From: Cetorhinus maximus
Taxonomy: Eukaryota
Assembly (NCBI RefSeq): GCF_964194155.1
Contig: NC_135901.1
Location: 33,790,001 to 33,854,000, forward strand
Length of the DNA: 64,000 nt
Direction: 5' to 3'
The translations under genes were made by a program, and so were the position numbers. The notes beneath the pieces are model-generated. The model worked only from the letters and a program-made list of their open reading frames with translations, was not told the origin of the DNA and made no database searches. Every line of letters starts with the position of its first letter. Within the stretch, counting starts at the first letter, position 1. Below are positions 24,410 to 36,904 of the stretch, piece after piece.

Positions 24410-24860
24410 GAAAGCGTCACAATGCCCGGCTGATTGACGGCAACTGCGGACCAATAGGAAGAGGGGGCGGGAACGGAGGACCGAGCGTGAGCCGCTGGTC
24501 CTCCAACCAATCGGAGTGAATGAGGGGCGGAGCTGGGCTGTGAGTGAAGCATGCGCAGTGTGAGTAATGGCGATGGACGCTTCTTTCTCGGATCCGCAAT
24601 AAGTGAGTGGGTGAATGGCGGGGCGGAGGGCGCGGTCGATTCGGCCGGCGGGCGGGGAGGCTTCGTAAAAATGTTGTGTGAGCCGCAAACCCCGAAAAAG
24701 AACTTCCCTGTACCCAGAGGGACCGTCCCCTCGTTTGGTCCGAGCGAGGCCGGAGCTTTCTCCCAGTTACAGACCCAAGTTAATGGCCGCCATCTTTATT
24801 GGGGGCAATGTGCAGCACGGCGCATGCGCGGTCGCCATCTTTGTAGGGGCAATGTTGGAA
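24410..24860 (+). promoter_or_regulatory. ZNF promoter cassette, exon 1 and intronic YY1/NRF1 module
   Basis: ccaat, ggggcggg, ccaat, ggggcgg, gcatgcgca, atggcg in order. Candidate donor gtgagt at 24603. ggccgccatcttt at 24785 and gcgcatgcgc at 24820. Confidence 0.75.
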
Positions 24861-24974
24861 TCTTTTCAATGACAATGGGAACAACTTGTCCATCAAACTG
24901 CTTCACGCTTTGAGTTACAATGTCTTATTGATGAGGCAGAACAACGATATATGTTCAAGTCAGTGACAATAACT

Positions 24975-25500
24975 TGTATTAATATTGTGCCCTTAACATG
25001 ATAAAAGTTTCCAAGACATTTCGCAGAAATGTTACAAAGGAGATATTAGAGCAGGTGACCAAAAGCTTGGTCAAAGAGGTAGGCTTTAAGGAGTACCTTA
25101 AACAGGGAAAGTGGGGTGGAGAAGTCCAAGGAGGAAATTCCAGAGCTTGTGTCCTAGCACACGAAAGAACAGTCACCAATGGTGGAGCGATTAAAATCAG
25201 GAATGCTCAAGAGGCCGGAATTGGATGAGTGTAGAAAGATCGGAGGGGTGTGTGGCTGGAAAAGATTACAGAGATAGGGATGGTCACAGCCAGGGAGGAA
25301 AACAAGGATAAGAATTTTATAATTTTGGTACTTCTCAAAAGGCCAGTGAGCACAAGGGTGATGGGTGAGCAAGGCTTGGTGCGAATAAGCACAGAGTTTT
25401 AGATGACCTCAAGATTACAGGGAGGTTGAATGTGGGAGGCCGGCCGGGAGTGTGTTAGGATCATGAGATCTTGAGGTAACAAAGGAATGGATGAGGGTTT
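24975..25500 (-). mobile_element. L2 3' fragment in class A intron
   Basis: Reverse complement of about 53570-54130. Confidence 0.7.
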
Positions 25501-25796
25501 CTCTTCCCTGAAGGACATTCGTGAACAAATTGTTTTTTGTATAACAATCCAGCAGCTTTCACAATTACTTTTTCCTCGTGCCCAACCCACAAATTACCAG
25601 ATTCATTCAGCTTAATTTCCACAAAACCTGCCTTTGTGTTTTTGTGTGTTCTCTCTCACTTTTTTCTGTTTTAAATCAATTTCACAGGGTACTAGAAGGA
25701 GAGGATTTGCAGTCAGGAAACTGAAACCAAACATCACATCAAGATCTGACGGAGTCGCCCAATTTATCGTAACCTGAATATCGTCGGATTTATAAC

Positions 25797-27170
25797 ATGG
25801 AAGGAAAAAGCACCGCTCACAGTGGGGAGGAACCCAATACGTGTTCTGTGTGTGGAGAGGGATTCAGCCGATCAGCTGGCCTGTCAAAGCACAAGTGCAG
25901 TCACACTGGGGAGAACTCATGGAAATGTGGGGACTGTGGGAAGGAATTCAATAACCCATCTGACCTTAAAAAGCATCAGCGCACTCACACTGGGGAGAGG
26001 CCATTCACCTGCTCCATCTGTGGGAAGGGATTCATTCAGCTATCGCATCTATTGAGACACGTGAGAGTTCACACTGATGAGAGACCTTTTAAATGCCCAG
26101 ACTGCGGGAAGTGCTATAAAAGTTCTGGGGAACTGATGTCCCATAAACGTGTTCACACTGACATGAGACCTTTTAAATGCCCAGACTGTGAGAAGTGCTA
26201 TAAAAGTTCCGGGGAACTAATGTCCCATCAACGTGTCCACACTGACGATAGACCGTTCAGGTGCTCTCACTGTGGGACTGGGTTCAGGCGATCATCTAAC
26301 CTCATTGTACACCAGCGAGTTCACACTGGGGAGAGATTGTTCATCTGCGCCGAGTGTGGGAAGAAATTCTTACATTTGTCAAATCTACTGACACACCAGC
26401 GCACTCACACTGGGGACAGGCCATTCACCTGCTCCAAGTGTGGAAAGGGATTCACTACCACATCGAACCTGCTGAAACACCAGCAGGTTCACACTGATGA
26501 GAGACCCTTTAAATGCCCGGACTGCGGGAAGTGCTTTAAAAGTTCCAGGGAACTGATGTTCCATCAACGTGTTCACACCGTCGAGAGACCGTTCAGGTGC
26601 TCTCACTGTGGGACTGGGTTCAGGCGATCATCTGAACTCACTGCGCACCAGCGAATTCACACCGGGGAGAGACCATTCATCTGCTCCCACTGTGGGAAGG
26701 GATTCACTCAGTTATCCACACTGCTGAGACACCAGCGAGTTCACACTGGAGAGAGATTATTCACCACCTCCTCGTGTGGGAAGGGATTCACTCAATTGCG
26801 ATATCAGCTGAGACACCAACCGCTTCAAAGTGGCAAGAGACCTTTCACCTGTTCTGAGTGTGGGAAGGAATTCACCCATTCTTCCACCCTGCTGACACAC
26901 CAGCGAGTTCACACTGATGAGAGACCTTTTAAATGCCCAGACTGCGGGAAGTGCTTTAAAAGTTCAGGGAATCTGATGTCTCATCAACGTGTTCACACTG
27001 ACGAGAGACCGTTCAGGTGCTCCCACTGCGGGGCTGGGTTCAAGCGTTCTTCTCATCTCACCATACACCAGCGCACTCACACTGGGGAGAGGCCGTTCAC
27101 TTGCTTCGAGTGTGGGAAGGGATTCACTCAATCATCCCACCTGCTGACACACCAGCGAGTTCACAAGTAA
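25797..27170 (+). CDS. Tandem C2H2 zinc-finger protein, class A, 16 finger units (one degenerate)
   Basis: 457-aa ORF, acceptor tttcacag ending at 25687, AATAAA at 27295. Confidence 0.93.
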   Translation: MEGKSTAHSGEEPNTCSVCGEGFSRSAGLSKHKCSHTGENSWKCGDCGKEFNNPSDLKKHQRTHTGERPFTCSICGKGFIQLSHLLRHVRVHTDERPFKCPDCGKCYKSSGELMSHKRVHTDMRPFKCPDCEKCYKSSGELMSHQRVHTDDRPFRCSHCGTGFRRSSNLIVHQRVHTGERLFICAECGKKFLHLSNLLTHQRTHTGDRPFTCSKCGKGFTTTSNLLKHQQVHTDERPFKCPDCGKCFKSSRELMFHQRVHTVERPFRCSHCGTGFRRSSELTAHQRIHTGERPFICSHCGKGFTQLSTLLRHQRVHTGERLFTTSSCGKGFTQLRYQLRHQPLQSGKRPFTCSECGKEFTHSSTLLTHQRVHTDERPFKCPDCGKCFKSSGNLMSHQRVHTDERPFRCSHCGAGFKRSSHLTIHQRTHTGERPFTCFECGKGFTQSSHLLTHQRVHK

Positions 27171-27374
27171 CAACAGTGATTGGATTTTGCTGTTAATCAC
27201 ATCCAGGACTGAACCTTGTTCACTGGGGTCTGTTTCCACTGATGTTAACAAACTCCAGCCCAGTTACAGATGTTAATATTCTGGATAAAAGTCAAATAAA
27301 TTGCTTTCTATCAAACACACGTGTTGAATCCTTTTTAATATCTCTCACACAATTTAATTCCTTTTGAAGTGCTC

Positions 27375-27560
27375 TCCCTCTCCCCTGTCTCCTCCATCCT
27401 CACCTCCAGCAACAAGTGTGAGGAGCTCATGGAGCTTCTTTGTCACTAAGATTGAGACAATCCGATCAGCTGCCTCTGCTGCTTCCCTCCCTTCCACTAG
27501 CCCACTGGGACAAACTGTCTGTAAAGTTTCCCATAACTGAGCTGTAAACTCACATCTTTC
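27375..27560 (+). mobile_element. L2 fragment shared downstream of class A genes
   Basis: aagtgtgaggagctcatggagcttctttgtcactaagattgagacaatcc. Also at about 40095, 50230, 56300 and 62360. Confidence 0.55.
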
Positions 27561-27589
27561 TCCATCCAGCCAGTGAACTTATACTGGGA

Positions 27590-28255
27590 AGGGAGGATTT
27601 AAATGCTTAGATTGTACCAAGAACTTTAAAAACCCGCATTCACTGATGGTTCACCAGTGCAGTCTCTCCGGTTCCACTCCATTCATCTCACTGCGGGAAG
27701 AGGTTCAGGTGATTGTCCATCCTGCTGCAACACCAGTGGGTTCACACCGGGGAGAGGTCATTCACCTGCTCCATGTGTGGGGAGGGATTCACTAATTCAT
27801 TCAACCTGTTGACACATCAGCGAGTTCACACTGACAGAAGATCTTTTGAACATCCGGTTTGCAGGAAAGGTTATAAAAATTCTGTGGAACCAATGTACCA
27901 TCAACGTGTGCACACTGACAAGAGACTGTTCAGGATCTCTCACTGTGGGACTGGGTTCAGGTGATCCTGTGAACTCAGTGTCCACCAGCTCACTCACACT
28001 GGGGAGAGACCGTTCACCTGTTCCGTGTGTGGGAAGAGATCCACTCAGTCGTCCCAATTCAATACACATCAACTTGATCACACTGATAAGGAACCTTTTC
28101 AAAGTTCTGACCGTGAACAGAGATTAAAAGGCCAAATGGATCTGCTAAAACACAAACACATTCACACTGGGGAGAGGCTGTTCACCTGCTCTGTGTGTGG
28201 GAAGAGATTCACTCGGTCATCTCACCTACTGACACACCAGCGAGTTCACAGATGA
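27590..28255 (+). pseudogene. Degenerate C2H2 ZNF array
   Basis: About 8 decayed fingers with stops and frameshifts, followed by a ZNF-type 3' UTR. Confidence 0.8.
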
Positions 28256-29059
28256 CACCAGAGGTTGAATTCTGCTGTTAATCACAGACAGGACTGAACC
28301 ATTTTCATTCAGACAGTTGGGATTTGTTTCTGCTGATGTTAATAATCCATGTAATTGGACTAGAGTTTAATATTCTGGAGAACTGTCAAACAAATCAGCT
28401 TTGTTTTGGAGACATTGTTGTAGATTTCTGTCTTTCCCACCTAGGTGTTTAACATCACCCGGCTGGAGCTCAGAAAAGACAATCTGAGGGACGATCGTAC
28501 ATCAAGGACAGAACTTCAGTCTGGACACAGCCCTTCAGGGTCACACTGAGAGGGACAAGCAGCACTTTGTTCTTTGCAAAGTCCCCGTGTGGGTTAATCC
28601 TGAGGTGTGTAAGAAATGTGTCCCAGCCGCTCTCTTCAGAGCTCCTCGACACGGAACAGAAGGCTCCTTTACAACTGTGTTTAGAGTCAGGAAGAATAAC
28701 AGTGAATGCTGGAAACATGCTGTCAAATCGGAGATTGCTGTAAAACTGTAATCTGTTCCTGACTGAAAGTGAAACAGCAGGTTAAAGTTTCCAGTCTGAA
28801 AATGCTTGTGGCAATTATTCTGTATCCATCATTGAAAGGCATGTGTTAACTCATAAATAATAAATCTGTTTTAAATACATTGATTAAACTCTGCAGTAAA
28901 ATGACAGATGGACGATTTTAGAGGTATCTGTTAACTGCTGGGGGAATTATGCAACAGACATTTGATCTCCAGATAAAGAAGGAGCTGCCGCGTGTTTCTT
29001 GGAATTTCCTGTTTTATTGATGTGTGTGTGTGTGTTAGACAAATATCACCCACTATTGT

Positions 29060-29705
29060 GAGAGAAAAGCAGCCATTAGGGAAGAGAAGAGATCTTTGGG
29101 AATGAAGATGGTGAACAATTGCGGGAATAACAGCAAAAGCTTTTCCAGCTCTGTCAGGAGTGGGAAGATGGTTAAAGGTGGTTTCGAGCCACTGAAAGAC
29201 AATTGAGGACAGATTGAATCAGATTGCCAGGCTATTACAGAGCTGTTAAATGACTGTTTCACATCAGTCTGCACTCCTGTGGATGATGCTCAAATTCCAG
29301 CTGTGGGATGTGCTGTCGACAATAACATCATCAATATTAAAATAGAAAGGGATTGTCACCCTGGAGATAATAGGAAATCTCAAACTAGATGGTGCTCCAG
29401 GTCCAGATGATATCCACCCAAGGGGGTTTAAAGAGATGGGACGGGTGCTCTGTGAGCCCCTTGTCCGTATCTTCAACAGCTCAATAGAGTCAGCGATTGT
29501 TCCCTGGGATCGGAAGGTAGCTCATGAAGTTCCCACTTTCCAAATTGGGGACAAGTCCAAGCCAGGGAATGACAGGTCCATCAGCGTGACCTCGATCACA
29601 GGGAAGATGCTTGAAGGGATCCTAAGAGATTCTGTTTCTGATCACTAGGGAAGAGAAGGAGCCATTAGAGATCCTCAACACAGCTTCTGGAAAAAAATGT
29701 CACAT
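29060..29705 (+). mobile_element. Old CR1 LINE fragment
   Basis: PGPDDIHP and PLVRIFNSSIESAIVPWDRKVAHEVPTFQIGDKSKPGNDRSISVTS. Confidence 0.65.
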
Positions 29706-29709
29706 CTTA

Positions 29710-29998
29710 CAAAGGGACATAGATTCAAGGTAAGTGGCAGACAGTGTAGGGGGGACATGAGGAAGAACTTTTTTACGCAGAGGTTAGTGGGTGTCTGGAA
29801 TTCGCTACCCAAGTTGGCGGTAGAGGCAGAAACTTTAAACTCTTTTAAAAAGTACCTGGATCTGCACCTTAAGTGCTGTAAACTGCAGGGCTATGGGCCG
29901 AGTGCAGGAAGGTGGGATTAGAAAGGGCACCTGGGTGTGCTCGGGCTGGAATGGACAAGATGGGCTGAATGGCCTCCTGTGCTGTAACTTTTCTATGG
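29710..29998 (+). mobile_element. CR1 LINE 3' end, same subfamily as 7120-8467
   Basis: KGHRFKVSGRQCRGDMRKNFFTQR...GYGPSAGRWD and a near-identical tail. Confidence 0.85.
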
Positions 29999-32036
29999 TT
30001 CAAAGGAATTTGCAAACAATCTGAGGTTAATAGTAAGGGGAAAGGAATGGATCTGGAAAGCAGCAGACACTTCATGTTGTTCCAAGAGAAGTGGGGTCTG
30101 GTTGTATAGATGTCAGATTTTACACAGCACATGGTCAGTCTGTGGTTTCACCCTGGATGGAGAAAGTTGGAATCGTAACATGCACATCACTCGATGGGAT
30201 TCTCAAAAGCCACATTGTGTGCTTGGAGAGGAAGGTTTGTGTTATCGCTAATGAGAAGCAGTACACACAAAGACTGAAACACAGAGGCTCACATACATAT
30301 TCTCTGTCTGTCTCTCTCTCTCACACACACAGACATCCTCTCTCCACAGATACAATTACAGCCTCTGGATAATTACAGCCTCTACTTCTTGAAATTACCG
30401 AAAATGTTAATTCCCCTCAAGTTGATGGTCTGGTTGATGGAGAGAATTCTGAGGCAGGTCACATGGAGAAAGAATATAAAGTTGTTTTGACTCTGTAGTT
30501 CAATAGTCCCCCGAGTTTGTTCATTGCTGCTCCTGGGACATGTATTGCGGCATACCTAGCAGATACTCTAGATATTTTTACTCTAGATATTGCTCATCTA
30601 TATAATTAACAACACTATTCCTGATGTTCATGAGCTGCCTCGTTTTCTTTCCCATTAATTCCATTTGCTGATCTATCAGTAATGGACTTGTCGCCATCTC
30701 GAACAAAACTGTTTTCACCACTAAGGCTCCGCTGTTATTTAATAGTCTTCATGATATCATCGCACTGGGACTGGATAACATCATAAGAGTCCATTGTTTC
30801 TTAATGATCCACATCAATAACAAGAGGAAATATTAATAAACCCGAGCACATTATCTAGGCTGACACTCCAGGGTGACATTGAGGGACTGCTGCACTGTCA
30901 GAGACAGCATCCTTCACATGGAACTTGTGGAGGCTCTGGTCACAATCTTCCAATCCTCCTTATATAGTAGTGGTGTCAAAGGACTGACAGATTGTAAATG
31001 TTACACCCCTGTTCAAAAACACAGCAATTACAGGACAATCAGCTTCACATCAGTGGTGGGGAAAGGCTGGAGACAATAATCTGGGACAATAAGCACTTGG
31101 AAAAGTATGGATTATTATTTCCAGCATTTTATGTTTTTAATACCGATACCTCTCATAGATCCCAGGTGAAGAGAGACTCTCTGAGACATATTGAGAGCTG
31201 GGACTTATCCGTGAGAGTAACCAAAGATATGGGAACTGATAGAATCTAGAGTTAGAAAGGAGAAAAGATCCAAAAATGGAGCAGTCGGAAACAGGACATC
31301 AATTAGTCTCCTCTTATCCTGGAGAAATCAAGGACTCGACATGCTGTGTGTTTGAAACAAAACTGATTTATTTAACAGACATCAAGATAGTAAACTTCAG
31401 CCCAGTTACAGGGATTATTGACATTAGTAGGAATAAACCCCAACTGTCAGAATGAACACGGTTCTGGATGTGATTCATAGTCACAGTAACAGCAGAATTG
31501 AACACATTAAAGGAAACAGAGGGTAAATATAAATTATTTCTGCTGGTCAGGCAGTCTAGGAATATATGGTATCGTCTAAAACTTGGAACCGGACCTTTCA
31601 GGAGTGTAATTACATAGAATACGGGACACAAAAACAGGTCAACCCCAATCTATGCTGGTGTTAATGCTCCACTAAAGCCTCCTCCGATCTTTCCTCACAT
31701 AAATCTATCATAACAATTTATTCCCTTCTCCCTCTTGTGCTTGTCTAGCTTCCCCTTGAACATTATTAGATGTGATTCCATGATTGGACAACACTTACTA
31801 AACAATCCTGATTGTGCTAAGAGTTACACTAACAACCAATTTAAGATTATCACTTACACGTGCTAGAAGCTACATATATTCACACACAGGGCCCTGTCCT
31901 TTGCACAAAAAAAAGAACACATCCACGCATTGTGCCTTTTTAACAAAACAAAAACTAAATCTACTCTGGGCCCTATCCACTGATTCTAAATCTTTTTGTA
32001 TAGCATCGTAACCAGCACTGCCCTCTTCATTATGGC

Positions 32037-32717
32037 TGGTAAGATTTATGTTCGTGAGTCACAGATTACCCAAAAAAGGGGGTTGAGCTCAGAAGTGATT
32101 TGAAAGTGGTTTATTGAGAAGCAACAGTTTAAATATGATGCAGAGGCAAAATAGACAGGAAAACACAGGACCCGTGACAGGCGAGAACGGTTTACTGGTC
32201 CCGGAGAACAAAGGGACGGATGACACAGAGCGAGTGCTGGTCTCCGTAGCTGGTGGTGTCAGTCTCCTCTGAACAGTTAACTGGTGTGAGCCAGAGTGTG
32301 GGTGTTGGGCTGAAGCCAGAGTAGATCACGTCAATATCTCTGTGCTCTTGAGAGCCTGTTTTAACCTTTACACAGTTGGTTTACATATGGGTCATGAGAT
32401 CCAATCGTGTCAGGGTTAGAAATGTCTTGTTTCAGGGTCTGTGCCAGAGACATGGCCTTGGCAGAGATAACAGGCCTTTCCTGTGTTTGGCAGCCAGCAA
32501 GCTGCTATGGAAGCTTTCTCCATAAGAGGGGGAGGGTGGTGAGCTGTTTTTTTTGTCATTTAACATAAATTTTTGAAGATTTTATAAGGCTATTAGGGAG
32601 AGATTTAATACAGTCCGTTGCTTGGATTGAACCTGTCCCCATTCCCGTGCCGAGGGGATTTCTGTATCAGGCGGGAGGGGTAACATTTGGGAACTGTCGA
32701 TTCCCCACCAATTCCCA
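32037..32717 (-). mobile_element. LTR, paralog of 4609-5271
   Basis: Colinear reverse complement, with the polypurine tract at 32718-32731. Confidence 0.6.
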
Positions 32718-33143
32718 TTCCCCTTCTTTCTGGTGGTTAATGGAGGTGTCACTGTGAGTAATGTGCAAGTCAGTAAGAATTGTCAGCAAGGATTAAATCA
32801 CACTTTCTAATTGGAGATGTTAATCAGTGGAACCTCTCAGACACCGAATTGTAGAGTTTGTACCAAAGATCAATTTAGGATTGAAGTAAAAGTTCAGAAT
32901 CTGGTTGTAAACTAATTTCTGATGAGAGTTCCTGAATTGTGGGGAAAGATCAGAGACAGCGGTTCTTAAAGGGACACTGCAGCCGTGAGAGCACCATCAG
33001 CTACAGATCCAAAATGTTAAACTCCAGCCCAGTTAAAGGGATTATTAACATTAGCAGTGACAAGCCGCAACTGTCAGAATTAACATGGTTCAGTCCTGGA
33101 TGTGATTGACAGCAGCAATAACAGCAGAATCCAACTCCTGCAG

Positions 33144-33902
33144 TCACTTGTGATGTCGCTGGTGTCTTTGTAGGCTGCCAGACTGAGTAAATCCCTTCCC
33201 GCACTCGGAGCAGGTGAACGGTTTCTCCCCAGTGTGAACTTGCTGGTGTCTCATCAGGTGGGATGAACAGGTGAATGTCTTCCCACACTTGGAGCAGGAG
33301 AATGGCCTCTCCCCAGTGTGAACTCGCTGGTGTGTCTGTAGGTGAGATAACTGAGTGAATTTCTTCCCACACTCGGAGCAGGTGAACGGCCTCTCCCCAG
33401 TGTGAACTCGCTGGTGTACACTGAGGTGGGTTGAAGACCTGAATCGCTTTCCACAAGAAGTACAACTGAACAGCTTCTCCTCAGTGTGAATTCGCTGGTG
33501 ACTTTGTACGTCAGAGGGTCCAGTGAATCCTTTCCCACATACAGGGCAGGTGAACGGCCTCTCTCCAGTGTGAACTTGCTGGTGTCTCAGCAGGTTGGAT
33601 GACTGAATGAACCCCTTCCCACACTCGGAGCAGGTGAATGGTCTCTCTCCAGTGTGCATTCGCTGGTGTCTCAGCAGGTCCGATGACTGAGTGAATCCCT
33701 TCCCACACTTGGAGCAGGTGAACGGCGTCTCTCCAGTGTGAAACCGTTGGTGTGTTAGCAGTTGGGACGACTGAGTGAATCCCTTCCCACACTCAGAGCA
33801 GATGAACGGCCTCTCCCCGGTGTGACTGCGTCGATGAATTTCCAGCCGGGATGGGCAATTGAATCCTTTCCCACAGTCCTCACATTTCCACAGTTTATCC
33901 AT
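33144..33902 (-). CDS. Tandem C2H2 zinc-finger protein, class B, 9 fingers
   Basis: 252-aa ORF made entirely of fingers. Acceptor ttttgacag at about 34240. Confidence 0.9.
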   Translation of the reverse strand: MDKLWKCEDCGKGFNCPSRLEIHRRSHTGERPFICSECGKGFTQSSQLLTHQRFHTGETPFTCSKCGKGFTQSSDLLRHQRMHTGERPFTCSECGKGFIQSSNLLRHQQVHTGERPFTCPVCGKGFTGPSDVQSHQRIHTEEKLFSCTSCGKRFRSSTHLSVHQRVHTGERPFTCSECGKKFTQLSHLQTHQRVHTGERPFSCSKCGKTFTCSSHLMRHQQVHTGEKPFTCSECGKGFTQSGSLQRHQRHHK

Positions 33903-34479
33903 GGTGCGGGTGTCCCTGTGTCTCTCCAGGTTGGATGATCAGTTGAAGCCTCATCCACACAGAGAACACGTGTACAGCTTCTCCCTGCTGTGAATGGTGT
34001 GATTTTCCTTTTTCAGGCTGTGTATCTGGTTAAAGCTCTTTCCACAGTCAGTGCAGTGGAACACTCTTACTCGGGTGTGTTTGTCACGGTGCTTTTCCAG
34101 TCATACGGATGTTGGAAATCCTTTTCCACAGGCAAACATTTCTCCTCCCACAGTCAAAGTCCGATGATATTCAGGTCCTGATGAATCAAGTGGTTTATGG
34201 TTTTAGTTTCCCATTTGTAAATCCTCCCCTTCTAATTCTCTGTCAAAAGGAGTTTACAAAAGTCATCATTGTCAGTGCAGGATAGAAATTCACAACAGGC
34301 AATTCTAGTTCCTATGGAACATTTCTTCCACTTGTTCCCCCAGAGTGGCAAATCCCCGTCCCACACACTCTCCCTCCTCCCTGTGTTGAAATCAAAACAG
34401 AGTTTTGGACAATTCTTTCTGTATTTTCTTTCTGTACCTTGATCTCAAGATAAGCTTCTGACCTCATATCTGTGCCATT

Positions 34480-34990
34480 ACTCTAATCACCTGTTTCCAC
34501 CTCCGTAACATCACCCGATCTCACCCTGTCCCAGAGCATCTGCTACTGAAACCCTCATTCCTGCCATTGTTACCTCCAGACTCGACTATTCCAACACATT
34601 CCTGGCTGGTCTTCCGCATTCTACCCTTCGTAAATTTGAAGCCATCCAAACGTCTGCTGTCCGTGTCTTCACTCACAGCGAGGCCCGCTCCCCTAAGACC
34701 CCTCTGTTTCCTGACCTGCCTTGGCTCCGGGTCAAGCAACAGCTTGATCTTAAAATTCTCATCCTTATTTTCAAATCCCTCCATGGCCTCGCCCCTCCCT
34801 TTCTCTGTAATCCCCTTCAGCCCCACAACCCTCTGAGATGTCTGCACAGCTCTAATTCTGGATTCTTGTGCATTCTCCATTTTAATTGCTGCACCATTAG
34901 TGACCATGCCTTCAGTCCTCTCGTCCCCAAACTCTGAAATTCTTGCTGTACATTTCTCCCTCTGTCTGCCACACTTTCCTCCATTAAGAC
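34480..34990 (+). mobile_element. L2 fragment
   Basis: ETLIPAIVTSRLDYSNTFLAGLP; LKILILIFKSLHGLAP. Confidence 0.7.
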
Positions 34991-35003
34991 TCGTGGGTAT
35001 TGC

Positions 35004-35430
35004 GTATTGCTACTAAAAGAGACATTCTGTTAAAACCTTTCATCTTGTACTCATCAGGACAGATGCAAGAATACCAAATTTCAAAGATTATCAGTGCAAC
35101 TCGTAATCTGTCTCACTTACGCTTGCTAGAAGTTACATAAATTCATACACAGGGGCCTGTCCTCTGCAGGCAGAAGGGTCATGTCCACATATAGCACCAT
35201 TTCTTGATATAAACAAAAGCATGGGGGAATGATAGCTCCCTGGTGCATTCTCCATGGGGACGGTTAGACCAATCAGAGCTGACTGGCCAACCAATCAATG
35301 CCCTTTCCTCATGCAGCACAGCTTGTTGTTTGCTTTGAAATTTGGTATTCTTGCATCTGTCCGGATGAGTGCAACAGGAAAACCTTCGACAGCATATCGT
35401 TTTTCAGCAATACTTAAATTCTGTACTACT
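35004..35430 (+). mobile_element. PLE family 2 with inverted terminal (pLTR) copy
   Basis: About 80-bp inverted repeats at 35004-35086 and 35333-35413, each with a hammerhead-like motif. Internal GIY-YIG C-terminal remnant. Confidence 0.65.
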
Positions 35431-35539
35431 GAGTGACTATGGGTTTACAATTCTATTGTTGCTGATCTAAAAGTGAGCGCAGTTATTAATGTCTCCCTCG
35501 GGCCCTGGTAGAAACACTGATATTCATTGTCCCTGCAAG

Positions 35540-35915
35540 ACGGTGACTGCGCATGCGCGCCCTATGGTACAGTCCCTGAAAGATGGCGGCCGCGCATGCG
35601 CCTTGCTCCACGTTACCCTCCGAAAGATGGTGGCCGTCAACTCGGGCCTTTCTTCTCGAGCAAGGCCGCAGCGGCTCCTTGTTCAAGGCTTTTGGGGTCG
35701 AAACCGTGAGCTCGTGAAGAATTAAAAACAACAAACCCCGCCGGCCCTATCTCTGTTCACGGGTTTATTTTCGGCTCTGGATCGGCACCCGGTCTTGGTA
35801 AAACCCGCATTTTCAATCCGCTCGCTCGAGCGACCTGACCGTCTGTCTGCGCAGACTGCGCATGCGCCAGCTCATAATGATTGACGGCTGCTCTGGACCA
35901 ATAGGAGCCCCGGAC
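35540..35915 (-). promoter_or_regulatory. ZNF promoter cassette for 33144-33902
   Basis: gcgcatgcgc x3, aagatggcggcc at 35580, aagatggtggcc at about 35624, ccaat at about 35898. Confidence 0.65.
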
Positions 35916-35916
35916 C

Positions 35917-36904
35917 TCACTACGTTTCCTCACACCCTGTCAGGACTCCACCCCATTCTCCCAGCTCCTTGGCCCCTGTTGCATCTGTTCCAATGATGCC
36001 ACCTTCCAAAACAGCGCTTCTGGCATGTCTTCCTTCTTGCTTAACCGAGGTTTCCCACCCACGGTGGTGGACAGGGCCCTCAACCGTGCCCGACCCATCT
36101 CCCGCGCCTCTGCCCTCACCCCTTCCTCTCCCTCCCAGAACCATGATAGGGTTCCCCTTTTCCTCACTTATCACCCCACCAGCCTCCGCATTCAAAGGAC
36201 CATTTCCGCCAACTCCAGCATGATGCCACCACCAAACACATTTTCCCCTCACCCCCACCCCTGTCGGCCGTTCCCTCCGGGACAGCCCGGTCCACTCCTC
36301 CATCACCCCCAACGCCTCACCCCCCTCCCTAGGTGCATTCCCATTCAACCGCAGAAGGTGCAACACCTGCCCCTTTATTTCCTCCCTCCTCACCGTCCAA
36401 GGGCCCAAACACTCCTTTTCAGGTGAAGCAGCGCTTAACTCGCACCTCCTTCAATTTGGTCTACCGCTTTCGCTGCTCCCAATGCAGTCTCCTCTACATT
36501 GCAGAGACCAAACGCAGACTGGGTGACCGCTTTTGGGGAACGCCTTTGCTCTGTCCGCAAGCATGACCCAGTCCTTCCTGTCACTTGCAATTTCAACACA
36601 CCATCCTGCTCCTCTCAGTCCCCCACACTATTAACACCTCTTTGTCCTCTTGTTCATGACATCTGTCAATCTTCCTTTGCCCCACCTACCAATGGCCTTC
36701 TATCCAGCTTCACCTGCTCCACCACCTCCACGACACAGTATAAATTACATCACACTTTTATTTCTCTTTAGCTCTGAAGAGTCATATAGACTTGAAATGT
36801 TAACTCTGTTTTTCTCTCCATAGATGCTGTTAGACCCGCTGAGTTTATCCAGCATTTTCTGTTTTTGTTTCAGATTTCCAGCATCCGCAGTATTTTGCTT
36901 TTAT
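35917..36904 (+). mobile_element. PLE family 1, 5'-truncated
   Basis: MSSFLLNRGFPPTVVDRAL and CSQCSLLYIAETKRRLGDRF (GIY-YIG), terminal repeat, candidate TSD ccggacc. Confidence 0.85.

Larger units (their letters stand above)
30570..34430 (-). repeat. Inverted paralog of about 2620-7010 (segmental duplication)
   Basis: Same order in reverse: ZNF exon, 3' UTR, LTR, CR1 with nested PLE, orphan UTR, unique spacer. For example, 30873-31079 is nearly identical to 6508-6714. Confidence 0.85.
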
